This document shows positions 19,901 to 29,209 of a stretch of 64,000 nucleotides of DNA, in pieces. Made by a program: the position numbers and the translations under genes. The stretch's first letter is position 1; every line of letters starts with the position of its first letter. This DNA comes from Cyanobacteria bacterium P01_F01_bin.150 (lineage in GTDB: Bacteria > Cyanobacteriota > Cyanobacteriia > CAKZMO01): positions 1-64,000 of the forward strand of contig JBCCYL010000024.1 in assembly GCA_039189765.1 (NCBI GenBank), read 5' to 3'. The notes below the pieces were generated by a model. That model was given only the letters and a program-made list of their open reading frames with translations. It had not been told where the DNA came from and made no database searches.

Positions 19901-20590
19901 GGAATGGATGCCACAAAACATATTTTAAAGACGTTTACCCAATCTCCATATATTGTTGCAGTAACGGCGAGTGTCCTGGATAGCGATCGCCAGAAATGCT
20001 TGAAAGCTGGCATGCATGACTATGTCTGTAAACCATTCCGCATTGACGATCTCGCTCGTGTTCTGCGATTGGCCTCCACATGGGTTCCAAAACAAAAGCA
20101 AGATCTATCGTCACCGCTCCAACTTTCAAAAGAAGCAATAAGCTCAGAGCAAAATCAAACTAACACGACCCCCTCTTTTTCTGTATCGCTGGCGACAACG
20201 TCTCAATCTGAGCAGGACGTATTGGATATCAATACGTTTAATGCACTCAAGAGCGCATTTCCTCCTGATGCAGCCAGTGATTTGATTGATATTTATCTTG
20301 AGACAGCTCCTCAATATCTCCAAATTCTGCAATCTTCCCTTGGGGACGATACGATTGAGCAGCTCAATCGCTCTGTTCATAGCTTCAAGTCCAGTAGCGC
20401 TACATTGGGAGCGCTGCATTTAGCAAGCTTATGCAAGCAATTAGAGTCCATTACCTATGATGAGATAGCTGGTATGGCAAAGCTAGACGCAAACAATCTA
20501 GTGGAAGCAAAGCGACTGATTCAAGAAATAGTACTAACCTATCCTAGGGTTGAAACAAAGCTAAAGCAGGAACAAGAATTGCTGAACTGA
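16895..20590 (+). CDS. Hybrid sensor histidine kinase: CHASE2 sensor - TM - HisKA - HATPase_c - REC - REC - HPt
   Basis: CHASE2 N-terminus (..[12 protein letters not shown]..), H-box [20 protein letters not shown]-boxes, two receiver domains (..[24 protein letters not shown].. and ..[25 protein letters not shown]..), C-terminal HPt (..[14 protein letters not shown]..). Confidence 0.85.
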   Translation: MNWQFRKPFSGLGRLCPWDNMLSRLRTLLPGIATSTAVIGLTYLGTWTPLEQLAYRLLFNARGERPWDERVIVIAIDEKTLTALDEYPLSRTHHIELLNILQPIDSMVIGFDIFMQEANTDNKKLAEKINKYGGRVVMPWARSDSDAFPLLTHPTLLESNLNISHVVSSPDEDGFGRQVDLFHPLWIPDTITESPCCFLYDALIPIEPEKMIGGGLQLETQVSTATMADSETAIAPDAVPNTLLTSPNQPASEPTADFSRRDGRLAVGVPILGLRLLQLRNLVSADPIVELPVPNLSDSTPEDLPIPYTFPAPNTYWLDWPGPVETFIAQGQQHSYIDVLNGNVPLETFENKIVLVGYTAAGIDYIRTPFNSSRVRNEGKSVNGVHLQAVLVDNLLHKRSLKPLLSHNPFFSIIQADTALGPQNGQLVIVLLVLGPGVALLVSKRPLPWQAMISGGGILGWMAIALVLFHTGYWLPTVAPIVTIGLTIGIIAVYEYIASKAQIKAHSQFMATMSHEIRTPMNAIIGMSGLLMDTSLSSEQEEFAQIIRTSSDTLLSLINDILDFSKIDAGRLELEHNAFSIRRCVENALELVGPRASEKQLELVYELATDVPEVVVGDTIRLQQILVNLVTNAVKFTNRGEVVVFVKMASMPLGVPLGESHPSTSTSNSSVLQFSVKDTGIGIPADRTERLFKPFSQIDASVTRKYGGTGLGLTISHRLSQLMGGQMWVISRDKQGRKSQAGNIPPNFVHPSIPNQGSIFYFTIPAPLPASQETATDLLINMGDRDQLLGRRVLVVDDNATNRRILALQTQAWGMEPVTVASGQEALAILKQGERFDIGLLDMQMPEMDGATLAAEIRQQYFKLDSQTSPTPLVLLSSVHHQDIGLRAVDRYFDAVVYKPIKQGQLYEILRSFVAKDRQQLQHPLEHPQAPSLTASQLFAESYPLRILLADDNRVNQKVAIRLLEKLGYRTDVAANGLEVIAALERQTYDVVLMDLQMPEMDGMDATKHILKTFTQSPYIVAVTASVLDSDRQKCLKAGMHDYVCKPFRIDDLARVLRLASTWVPKQKQDLSSPLQLSKEAISSEQNQTNTTPSFSVSLATTSQSEQDVLDINTFNALKSAFPPDAASDLIDIYLETAPQYLQILQSSLGDDTIEQLNRSVHSFKSSSATLGALHLASLCKQLESITYDEIAGMAKLDANNLVEAKRLIQEIVLTYPRVETKLKQEQELLN

Positions 20591-20591
20591 G

Positions 20592-21134
20592 CTAAACAGA
20601 ACCGCCATTACGGAAATAGACAACTCGTGAACGAATCTTGCAGGCCATTAATCGCATAGATAAATCTTCTGCATCTTCGCGAGTTTCAAATGCCCCGGCG
20701 TGGACATAGGTTCCTAAGCGAGATTCAATCACAAATGCGTCTGGGATATAGTGACGAACCTCCATTAATAAGGACTCTCGCCGTCCTGGAACAACCACAA
20801 CATAATTATGATTTGGCAAATGGCCAATAATCGTAACCTCGCCTTCTGCTCTTTCCGGTAGAGTATTGAGTACGCTTGCTTCAAACGTAAAGTCATCACA
20901 GACTTCACTGGTAGCCCAGGATGCAGGAATGCAGACGTAAAAAGAGGCTAGGACAATGAATAGAATTACCTCTAGCTGATATTTGCACGTGACGGCGAAC
21001 CCTCGATGCTGCCATTTTTCCAATACTTGCCTTGCTTTGTCCACACTGTGAAACTGCACGATCTCTGACATATATGACAAAAACGCGTGGGCCTTACATT
21101 GCTTGTTTAAATGCACGTTACTTTCAATAGCCAA
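20592..21134 (-). CDS. Membrane-anchored SPOR-like domain protein (hypothetical)
   Basis: One TM helix (LEVILFIVLASFYVCI) and C-terminal beta-alpha-beta region resembling SPOR (..YVVVVPGRRESLLMEVRHYIPDAFVIESRLGTYVHAGAFETREDAEDLSMRL..). Confidence 0.45.
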   Translation of the reverse strand: MAIESNVHLNKQCKAHAFLSYMSEIVQFHSVDKARQVLEKWQHRGFAVTCKYQLEVILFIVLASFYVCIPASWATSEVCDDFTFEASVLNTLPERAEGEVTIIGHLPNHNYVVVVPGRRESLLMEVRHYIPDAFVIESRLGTYVHAGAFETREDAEDLSMRLMACKIRSRVVYFRNGGSV

Positions 21135-21362
21135 TTGTCAAATTTTATTATATTCATCATAATTTTTTTTTAGATTTTATAATATTCAAAGGAATTCAAT
21201 TTAAGGTGAAATAGGTGGTGCTAGTGATTTTTTACTTTCTACCATCTGCTTAGAATGGATACTTTTTAGGTGAGCTTTTTGTTCTAGGTACTAGGACAAA
21301 GCCCTTGACAGATACCGCTCAATGACAAATATCATCGCCCAACATGGGCAGGACCCTATGAG

Positions 21363-23633
21363 ATGACTGCGGATCAGTCTTTACCTCCAAGCAATTCCCA
21401 TATGTTTTTCGCTCGTCGTCATCGAGAACGACCCACTGGCTCAAGCGGCCCTTTGGATTATGTTGAGTCTTGGACGATGCAGACACATAGCATTTCTCAG
21501 CATCCACCACAACACTATCTATTGGAACAGCATTTATTAGATGCTCTACGTCAAAAAATTGCAGAGGCTGGTCCAATACAGTCTCTATTGACAGAAACCG
21601 TCGCTGACTTACAAAAGAACTTACAGGTAGATCGAGTCCTTATATTGCCAATGGGCGATCGCTTTGCCACACCTCTGTTTACCTTGGGGGATATTGAAGC
21701 CCGTGTTGAGTCGGTTTTGTCCGTTTCAGATTATCGCCAGCACCATGCTGAGCATGGTGAGCTGCACAGTGATCAATCTCCCATTTGGATTGTGACAAAT
21801 GCCGATCGCAAAGCCTATGCCAATGGGCAGATTGATGTTGTTTGTGATATTTCCAGCACTACCCTACTGCTGCCTCAACGGACATGGCTAGAAGCTTTGG
21901 GGGTCAAGTCTTACATTAACCTGCCGATTTTGCAGCATCAACAATTGTGGGGAATGCTGATGCTGCAATGTTGTGAGGAGTATCGCGATTGGTCCTCTTT
22001 AGAGGTTGCAACATTGAAGCGTGTGGTTCAACAAATTGCCATTGCGATTGAACAAGCTGAATTACGCCAAACCTGTAAGCACATGGGGCAAAGTCCGCAA
22101 ATGGAGACCAATGGGCAGCAGTCCGCCTCAAATCGGTCCTCAGATCAACAAGAGCCGCAATCCAGTGCGTTGATGAATGAAGGCATGGCTCCTTTGAAGC
22201 AATCCTTGAAGTTTGCAGAATTAGTGCTAGAGGTGACCGAACGAATTCGCGACAGCTTAGATGAATCTCAAATTCTCCAAACCGCAACTCAAGAATTAGC
22301 TGAAGCTCTTAATGTTGAACGGTGCAAGATTGAGCTTTATGATCCTTCTCTGTCCACAGCAACAGTGGCCTATGAGCATGCATTAAATCCGCCCAATTGT
22401 ATTGGCATGACCCGAACAATGGCGGACTTTTTAGATCTCTATAAGCCTCTGTTCCAACATCAGCCAGTGCAGTTCGTCGTGCCACAGTCATCAAATTTAC
22501 GCTTAGTGAATATGACCCGACTTGCCTGCCCCATCTTTGATGATCAGGGTTTATTAGGAAATCTGTGGCTGTTTCGTCCTCGCAATGAGATGTTCAATCG
22601 CTGGGAAATACGAATTATTCAGCAAATTGCCAATGAATGTGCGATCGCCATCCGTCAAGCTCGTTTATACGAAGCATCTCAGAAACAAGTTCGAGAGTTA
22701 GAGCGTTTGAGCCAGCTTAAGGATGATTTCCTGAAAACGATTTCCCATGAACTCCGCACCCCTCTTAGCAGCATTATGCTTGGAGTCCAAACCCTAGAGC
22801 GTATCTTAAATCAAACCTTTGATGAGGAAAAATCACCGTCAACCGAGCTATCCGCAACAGCGTTATTGCAGGCAGAGCAGGCAGAGCAGGCAGAGCAGGC
22901 AGATGCATCGATAATAAAAACATCAGAAGAAATCGAGGTGTCAAGCACCAATGTATCCCAAGCAAAATCGTTAACGAAAGAGCATCTCAAAAAAATAGAT
23001 CGGCCAACAATCCAACGCTTATTTCAAACAGTGCGTATGGAATGCCATCGCGAAAATAAGCTAATTGAGGACTTGTTAACGTTCTGTTATCTGGAGGCGG
23101 GAAAGGAATCATCCATGACTACGTCCATTGATCTGAATCATTGGATTATGGACATCATCAAACGTTTTGAAATTCGCATCCAAAATCAGCAGCAACAGCT
23201 CACTGTTGACTTGTGCAACTGCCTACCTCTACTTACCACTGAGCTAGCTTATTTAGAGCGAATTGTATCTGAACTGCTTAACAATGCTTGTAAATACACT
23301 CCTCCCTACGAAAACATTACTATCTGCACGACCCTTAAATCGCTAATAGAGGAAGAAGCATTTGACAGCATTGACGATGAATACATTGTACTAATGGTAA
23401 AAAATTCAGGAGTTGAAATTCCGCAAGAAGAGCAGGATAGAATTTTTGATAAGTTCTATCGCATTCCATCTAGCGATCCTTGGCAATATGGGGGTACAGG
23501 GTTAGGACTTGCCCTAGTGAAGAAATTAACAAAATGTTTGGGAGCCTCCATTCAAGTCAGCAGTATGAACGGGCAGACTAGTTTTATGGTGCTATTTCCA
23601 GCCGATAGCTCTTCACATGCATCGTCTGAATAA
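21363..23633 (+). CDS. Sensor histidine kinase with two GAF domains, HisKA and HATPase_c; contains (AEQ)n tandem-repeat insertion
   Basis: H-box ISHELRTPLSSIMLGVQTLE, ATP-lid ..GGTGLGLALVKKLTKCLG..; tandem 9-nt repeat gcaggcagag x3.5 at 22870-22905 encodes QAEQAEQAEQA. Confidence 0.8.
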   Translation: MTADQSLPPSNSHMFFARRHRERPTGSSGPLDYVESWTMQTHSISQHPPQHYLLEQHLLDALRQKIAEAGPIQSLLTETVADLQKNLQVDRVLILPMGDRFATPLFTLGDIEARVESVLSVSDYRQHHAEHGELHSDQSPIWIVTNADRKAYANGQIDVVCDISSTTLLLPQRTWLEALGVKSYINLPILQHQQLWGMLMLQCCEEYRDWSSLEVATLKRVVQQIAIAIEQAELRQTCKHMGQSPQMETNGQQSASNRSSDQQEPQSSALMNEGMAPLKQSLKFAELVLEVTERIRDSLDESQILQTATQELAEALNVERCKIELYDPSLSTATVAYEHALNPPNCIGMTRTMADFLDLYKPLFQHQPVQFVVPQSSNLRLVNMTRLACPIFDDQGLLGNLWLFRPRNEMFNRWEIRIIQQIANECAIAIRQARLYEASQKQVRELERLSQLKDDFLKTISHELRTPLSSIMLGVQTLERILNQTFDEEKSPSTELSATALLQAEQAEQAEQADASIIKTSEEIEVSSTNVSQAKSLTKEHLKKIDRPTIQRLFQTVRMECHRENKLIEDLLTFCYLEAGKESSMTTSIDLNHWIMDIIKRFEIRIQNQQQQLTVDLCNCLPLLTTELAYLERIVSELLNNACKYTPPYENITICTTLKSLIEEEAFDSIDDEYIVLMVKNSGVEIPQEEQDRIFDKFYRIPSSDPWQYGGTGLGLALVKKLTKCLGASIQVSSMNGQTSFMVLFPADSSSHASSE

Positions 23634-24245
23634 GAGGCACTATCTGACTTTAGGGGGAAACTTGGCTACTTCGTGCCTAAGCTTCTTACATTTTGTGTTC
23701 CGTTTTAAGACGAAACACGATGAACGATCGCGTGAGCGTTTCGTTTCCACACAACCTGAATAAAATTGATCGTCACCCATCCTTTAAATATTCTATCTAT
23801 TCCTGTAAACGGAAGTCTAATTCGAAACTCTTCCTTAAAATCGAATAGGCCGATGTTCTCTCCGCCACTGTATTTCAAAGCTATGGGACGGTAACTGGCT
23901 GTACGTCTGCCCTGCTTTTAATGTGGCCCATCGTTGTTGAAAAAGTTGGGCACCTGTTCGGAGACGAGTCTGTTGGATTGGGCTAGGAACAATGGGGTTA
24001 GCTCTGAAACTGATGGTCTCAGTTTCCAAGACTGCAACCAATCCGTTTGCTCTCAGATAGATTAAAAGATTAAGGACCAGCCAAGTAGATTGGCTTGATC
24101 TTTTGTAGGATAGACGATAGCTTAACTCCATCACAGCGTTGACTGCTGTTGGGGTTCATAAATTTAGCCCAACCTACAGCCTATGTAGGTTCATCGTTCC
24201 TACGTAAATTCAGTGAATACCAGATAAGTGGAATATCAACCGTTT

Positions 24246-24275
24246 GGATATTGAGCAGTGGGATATTGAGCAGTG
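24246..24275. promoter_or_regulatory. Perfect 15-bp tandem direct repeat (GGATATTGAGCAGTG)x2 abutting the start of the RND adaptor gene; candidate operator
   Basis: ggatattgagcagtgggatattgagcagtg read directly; overlaps GTG start at 24273. Confidence 0.3.
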
Positions 24276-25571
24276 GTTTCAAAAATTCCTGATGCATTAA
24301 AGCGCATTAACTGGCAGTGGTTATGGTTGTTGCCAGCGTTTATGGTGATAACGTTTTGGTTGGATCGATCTCGGTCAATGTCGGTTGGGGCAGGGGATGC
24401 TGTCGCTGCTCTGCCTGTGCAAACTCTAGTTCTGGAGAGTGTACCTGCCTATCAAGTGGAACGCACCTATAGTGGAAAAATTGTTGCCCGACGCAGCAGT
24501 GATCTTGGATTTGAACAAGCGGGTACTCTGGTAGACGTGCTGGTGGACGAGGGCGATGCGGTTGCCAAGGGAGAGCCACTGGCCCGGTTAGATATCCGTA
24601 GTCTGGAGGCCCAGCGGCAGCAGTTAGAGGCTCAGCGTCGTCAGGCCCAAGCTCGGTTTCAAGAACTACAGATTGGGCCACGCCAGGAAGATATTTCTGC
24701 GGCTCAAGCGACTGTTGATGATTTACAGGCACAGCTTGCCCTTGCCCGTCTACAACAGCAGCGTCGAGACAATCTGTATAGTGAGGGCGCAATTTCCCTC
24801 GAAGCAAGAGATGAGGCTGCGTTTGGGGCTGAGGCGTTGACGGGTCGTCTTAACCAGGCTCAAAGCCAACTGGATGAACTACAGGCCGGAACCCGAGTTG
24901 AACAGGTCAGCGCCCAGGATGCTCTGGTGGATGAAGTTGAGGCTGCGTTAAAGAATTTAGACGTCTCAATTTCTAAAAGTACGATCTATGCGCCCTTTGA
25001 CGGTCGGATATCGTTGCGGTGGCTGGATGAGGGAGCCGTCGTTAGTCCGGGGCAGGCGGTGATCAGACTGGTGGAAGGAAGTGCTCTGGAAGCTCGCATT
25101 GGTGTACCGAGCCAAATGGCTAATCGTATTATCACTGGGAGTCAGCACACAATCGATGTGAATGGTCAGGTGGTTAGCGGTCGAGTGACTGCGCTGCTGC
25201 CAGAGTTAGATGATGCCAGTCAAACGGTTACGGTGGTTATGACATTGCTAACCGATGCCCAGTTATCCATTGGCAAGTTAGCCATTGGCACAACGGTACG
25301 GTTAACCTTACAGGATGAGCAAAATGAAATTGGCTACTGGCTCCCGACCAGTGCGCTTGTTGCTGGAGAAAAAGGGTTGTGGTCAGCCTATGTGCTAAAC
25401 GAACCAGACAATCAGACGGAGGACAATCTCTATCAAGTTAGCCGTCGAGAGGTCGAGGTAATTTATACGGAGAGCGATCGCGTCTTTGTCCGAGGATTAT
25501 TGCAACCAGGGGAAGAGCTTATTACTAGTGGAACTCATCGCCTTGTTCCCGGTCAGCTTGTTCAGCATTAG
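24273..25571 (+). CDS. Efflux RND transporter periplasmic adaptor subunit (HlyD/MFP family)
   Basis: N-terminal TM anchor, coiled-coil region (..LEAQRQQLEAQRRQAQARFQELQ..), beta-barrel/MP domains; immediately followed by RND pump. Confidence 0.8.
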   Translation: MVSKIPDALKRINWQWLWLLPAFMVITFWLDRSRSMSVGAGDAVAALPVQTLVLESVPAYQVERTYSGKIVARRSSDLGFEQAGTLVDVLVDEGDAVAKGEPLARLDIRSLEAQRQQLEAQRRQAQARFQELQIGPRQEDISAAQATVDDLQAQLALARLQQQRRDNLYSEGAISLEARDEAAFGAEALTGRLNQAQSQLDELQAGTRVEQVSAQDALVDEVEAALKNLDVSISKSTIYAPFDGRISLRWLDEGAVVSPGQAVIRLVEGSALEARIGVPSQMANRIITGSQHTIDVNGQVVSGRVTALLPELDDASQTVTVVMTLLTDAQLSIGKLAIGTTVRLTLQDEQNEIGYWLPTSALVAGEKGLWSAYVLNEPDNQTEDNLYQVSRREVEVIYTESDRVFVRGLLQPGEELITSGTHRLVPGQLVQH

Positions 25572-25573
25572 GG

Positions 25574-28500
25574 ATGGTTGTTACGCTTGCTCGGCTTGAT
25601 ATGTTTAACCTGTTTTTTCGAAATCGACAGCTTTTGTTTTTAACGCTGACGCTGATTATCGTTTGGGGATTGTCAGCGTTTTTATCGTTGCCTCGATTAG
25701 AAGATCCTGAGATCGTGCAGCGATCGGCGACGGTGACAACATTTTTTCCAGGAGCAAATGCTGAGCGGGTCGAGTCGCTGGTGACGGACAAGGTTGAGGA
25801 AGAACTCTCTGATATTGAGGAGGTGGACGAGATTATATCGTCTTCTAGCCCTGGGATATCGGTGGTGACGGTCATCCTCAAGGATACATTTTCGGATGTG
25901 GATCCGGTGTTTGCGCGGGTGCGCAGTCAAATTGATGATGTGATTCCTGAACTGCCTCCTGAGGCCAGTCGGCCAGAGTACGAGGACCGAAAAGTAAAGG
26001 CCAGTGCCATCATTGTGGGGCTGACCTGGGACATCGATGACCCCGTTAACTATTCGATTCTGCGGCGGGTAACCGAGGGATTAGAAGCTAAGCTGCGGAA
26101 TTTGCCTGGCACAAAACGGGTAGAGCTATTTGGGGAGCCAGATGAAGAAATTCAAGTGGAAATCAGTCAGGCTGATTTGTTGAGATTAGGGATTAGCGCT
26201 CAAGGACTCGCTCAGCAGATTGCCACAAGTGATGCAAAGGTGTCTACGGGGGAACTCCAGGGAGACGCCATTGAGCTGTTTTTTGAGGTAGACAGCGTTT
26301 TGGATTCGTTGGATCGAATTCGAGCCATTTCAATTCAGGTAGGCGCAGATGGCCAAACGGCTCAGCTAGGAGACATTGCCCAGGTGACCAAGGGGATACA
26401 AACGCCGGTGTCTGACCTAGCGCTGGTGGCGGGAAAGCCCGCAATCGTTGTGGCTGCGACGGTGGAGTCTGACTACCGGGTGGATCAGTGGGCGCAGCAG
26501 GCGAAGAAAGTGCTGAATGACTTTGAAGCCGATCTGTCGGACGGTCTCGGCATCGTTATTGTGCTGGATCAGAGTCGGTATGTGCGGCAGCGACTCAATG
26601 GGGTGATTAGCAATCTTATCCTCAGTGCTATTTTGGTGCTTGGCATATCGCTTGTAGTGCTGGGATGGCGCTCGGCGTTAATTGTTGGCGCAGCGCTGCC
26701 GCTGTCTATTCTGATGGTCTTTGGCAGCATGGACATGGTGGACATTCCACTGCATCAGATATCGATTACTGGGTTAATTATTGCCTTGGGATTGCTGATC
26801 GATAATGCGATTGTGGTGGTAGATGAGGTGCGGGTGCATTTACAGGACGGCAGCCGTCCGGATGAAGCGGTGAAAGAGACGGTAAAACACCTGGCAATAC
26901 CGCTGCTGGCATCGACGCTGACAACCGTGCTGGCGTTTATTCCCATTGCGGTATTGCCAGGCAGTACGGGGGAATTTATTGGCCCCATTGGCGGTACGGT
27001 GATTTTGGCCCTGCTGAGTTCGTTGGCATTATCCCTAACGGTGATTGCCGCTCTGGCAGGGCTGGTTTATCGCTGGAAACCGATGCCAGAATCGTCCCAC
27101 AAACAGCACTGGAGCGTGGGAGGCTGGTCCAATCAGCGACTTTCTCGCCTTTATCAACATAGCTTGAGGGTGGTGTTTCGTCGGCCTATTCTCGGCGTTT
27201 TAGTGGCGATGGTACTGCCCGCTATTGGTTTTATTCAGTTTTCGAGCCTGCCGCAGCAGTTTTTTCCACCGACCAATCGAGATCAGTTTCAAATCGAACT
27301 GGAGCGACCTGCATCTAGCTCGATCGCCACCACGCGCACCCAAACCCTGGCCATTCGCGATCGCATTAGACAGCATCCGGCCATCAACGACATCCACTGG
27401 TTTTTAGGGGAGGATGCTCCATCCTTTTTCTATAATCTTTTGAGCAGTCGTCGTAATCAATCTGAATATGCCCAGGGCATTGTTCAGCTAGACTCAACCC
27501 AACATCTCCGAGACACGATTCAAACCTTGCAGACTGACCTAGATGCGGCCTTTCCAGATGCACAGATTCTGGTTAAACAGCTAGAGCAGGGACCGCCCAT
27601 TGATGCGCCGATTGAGGTCAGCCTTTATGGCCCCAATTTGAAACAGTTGCGCATGCTGGGGGAGCGACTCCGCTTAATTCTGTCTCAGATTGATGAGGTG
27701 ACCCATACTCGCGCTACACTGTCGGAACTGTCCCCCAAGCTGTCATTAGACGTGGATGAGGCGGCGGCAAAAAGGGTGGGGTTAAGTAATGGGGCGATCG
27801 CCGCCCAGCTCAATACGCTCCTCAACGGTCAACTTGGTGGCTCTATTCTTGAAGACACGGAAAATATTCCGGTGCGAGTGCGGCTACCGGACCAGGAGCG
27901 GGGCGACCTGTCGAGTATTGCCTCTGTGGATTTGCTCAGCGACCATGGCACAACGGTGCCGTTTTCTGCGGTGGCATCAGTTCAGCTTCGACCAGAGGTC
28001 AGCACCATTGCTCGGCGAGATGGGCAGCGCGTCAACACTGTCCAGGGATTTATTACGGCGGGGTCTTTACCCAGTAGCGTGCTAGCCGAGTTTCAGCAGG
28101 CACTCGCAGAGCAAGAGTTTGAGCTACCGCCAGGCTACCGCCTCAGCTATGGAGGGGAAGCCGATGCCCGAGGGTCGGCCGTGGGTAATCTGCTGTCTAC
28201 GGTGGGGGTTTTGATGGTGCTGATGACCGCAACCTTGGTTCTGTCGTTTAATTCCTTTGCCTTGGCGGGACTACTGGCCATTGTGGCCATAGCAGCAGTG
28301 GGTTTGGCCGCGATGGCACTATGGCTATTTAACTCTTTGTTTGGCTTTACGGCCATCCTTGGTACCCTGGGACTTATTGGTCTGGCCATTAATGACTCGA
28401 TTGTTGTTTTGGCCGCGTTGCAAGATGATCCGCTGGCATGTAAAGGAGACCCAATCGCCACGCAGCAGGTCGTAATTAAGGCGACGCGACATGTGGTGGC

Positions 28501-28675
28501 GACGACGGTGACCACGATGATTGGGTTTACGCCGTTACTGCTGGATGCCACTGGATTTTGGCCACCGTTGGCGATCGCGATCGCTGGCGGATTGGGGGGA
28601 GCGACAGTATTGGCACTGTACTTTATTCCAGCCGCACACCTGCTGATTTATCGGTCTAAAGGAAAGCCACTTTGA
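25574..28675 (+). CDS. RND family efflux transporter permease (AcrB/AcrD/AcrF-like), 12-TM with two large periplasmic loops
   Basis: 1033 aa; characteristic motifs ..LGLLIDNAIVVVD.. and ..GLAINDSIVVL..; operon with adaptor. Confidence 0.85.
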   Translation: MVVTLARLDMFNLFFRNRQLLFLTLTLIIVWGLSAFLSLPRLEDPEIVQRSATVTTFFPGANAERVESLVTDKVEEELSDIEEVDEIISSSSPGISVVTVILKDTFSDVDPVFARVRSQIDDVIPELPPEASRPEYEDRKVKASAIIVGLTWDIDDPVNYSILRRVTEGLEAKLRNLPGTKRVELFGEPDEEIQVEISQADLLRLGISAQGLAQQIATSDAKVSTGELQGDAIELFFEVDSVLDSLDRIRAISIQVGADGQTAQLGDIAQVTKGIQTPVSDLALVAGKPAIVVAATVESDYRVDQWAQQAKKVLNDFEADLSDGLGIVIVLDQSRYVRQRLNGVISNLILSAILVLGISLVVLGWRSALIVGAALPLSILMVFGSMDMVDIPLHQISITGLIIALGLLIDNAIVVVDEVRVHLQDGSRPDEAVKETVKHLAIPLLASTLTTVLAFIPIAVLPGSTGEFIGPIGGTVILALLSSLALSLTVIAALAGLVYRWKPMPESSHKQHWSVGGWSNQRLSRLYQHSLRVVFRRPILGVLVAMVLPAIGFIQFSSLPQQFFPPTNRDQFQIELERPASSSIATTRTQTLAIRDRIRQHPAINDIHWFLGEDAPSFFYNLLSSRRNQSEYAQGIVQLDSTQHLRDTIQTLQTDLDAAFPDAQILVKQLEQGPPIDAPIEVSLYGPNLKQLRMLGERLRLILSQIDEVTHTRATLSELSPKLSLDVDEAAAKRVGLSNGAIAAQLNTLLNGQLGGSILEDTENIPVRVRLPDQERGDLSSIASVDLLSDHGTTVPFSAVASVQLRPEVSTIARRDGQRVNTVQGFITAGSLPSSVLAEFQQALAEQEFELPPGYRLSYGGEADARGSAVGNLLSTVGVLMVLMTATLVLSFNSFALAGLLAIVAIAAVGLAAMALWLFNSLFGFTAILGTLGLIGLAINDSIVVLAALQDDPLACKGDPIATQQVVIKATRHVVATTVTTMIGFTPLLLDATGFWPPLAIAIAGGLGGATVLALYFIPAAHLLIYRSKGKPL

Positions 28676-28914
28676 GGAAGGCCAGTGTGGAACACCGATC
28701 AATATATGAACTTTAGGAATTGACATTTGAGCTAATTTGTGAGTAAGTCAGCTGTAGAGCAAAAAATATGACTATTTAGGGCGAAAGATATGACTAAATA
28801 TGAACTTTTAGGTATTTTGCCGATTTGGGATTTGCCCCATACTATGGACAACTAAATAACACAAGTCAAATCTAGCTTATGGCTGACTCCAAACAAAAGC
28901 TTGTAAGAAAATAT

Positions 28915-28998
28915 CCAATTAACTTTGGGCTTAAGGTTTAAGCCGGGAAGAATTTAACGGGATACTGGGGCGCGAAGCGCCCCAGTATCCCGCCTTAA
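28915..28998. repeat. Copy 1 of ~80-nt structured interspersed repeat (GGGCTTAA..TTAACGGGA-[15-bp stem]-GAAG-[stem]-TCCCGCCTTAAAA..ACAAGCC)
   Basis: Nested hairpins ggcttaaggtttaagcc and gggatactggggcgcg aag cgccccagtatccc; near-identical framework at 55755-55845 with different stem sequence. Confidence 0.75.
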
Positions 28999-29209
28999 AA
29001 GACAAGCCTAACTTTGTCATTTATAGGCGAAAATTTAGATATAGATATCAAGTTATTTTTGTCACTTTTTATTCTGTTCTTTCTGTTAGACTCATGTTTG
29101 CTGATAGCGTCTTTTTATAAATTCCTGCAACGATAAATCTGTAAATATTTACAAAGCAGTCATTATTGTTATTACAGCAATCGATTTTATCTAAGAGATA
29201 TATCTCAAA

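Noticed and set aside
23835-24134. 99-aa ORF (-) in the 600-bp gap upstream of the RND operon
   Set aside because: No homology features, atypical composition; region more likely regulatory or non-coding
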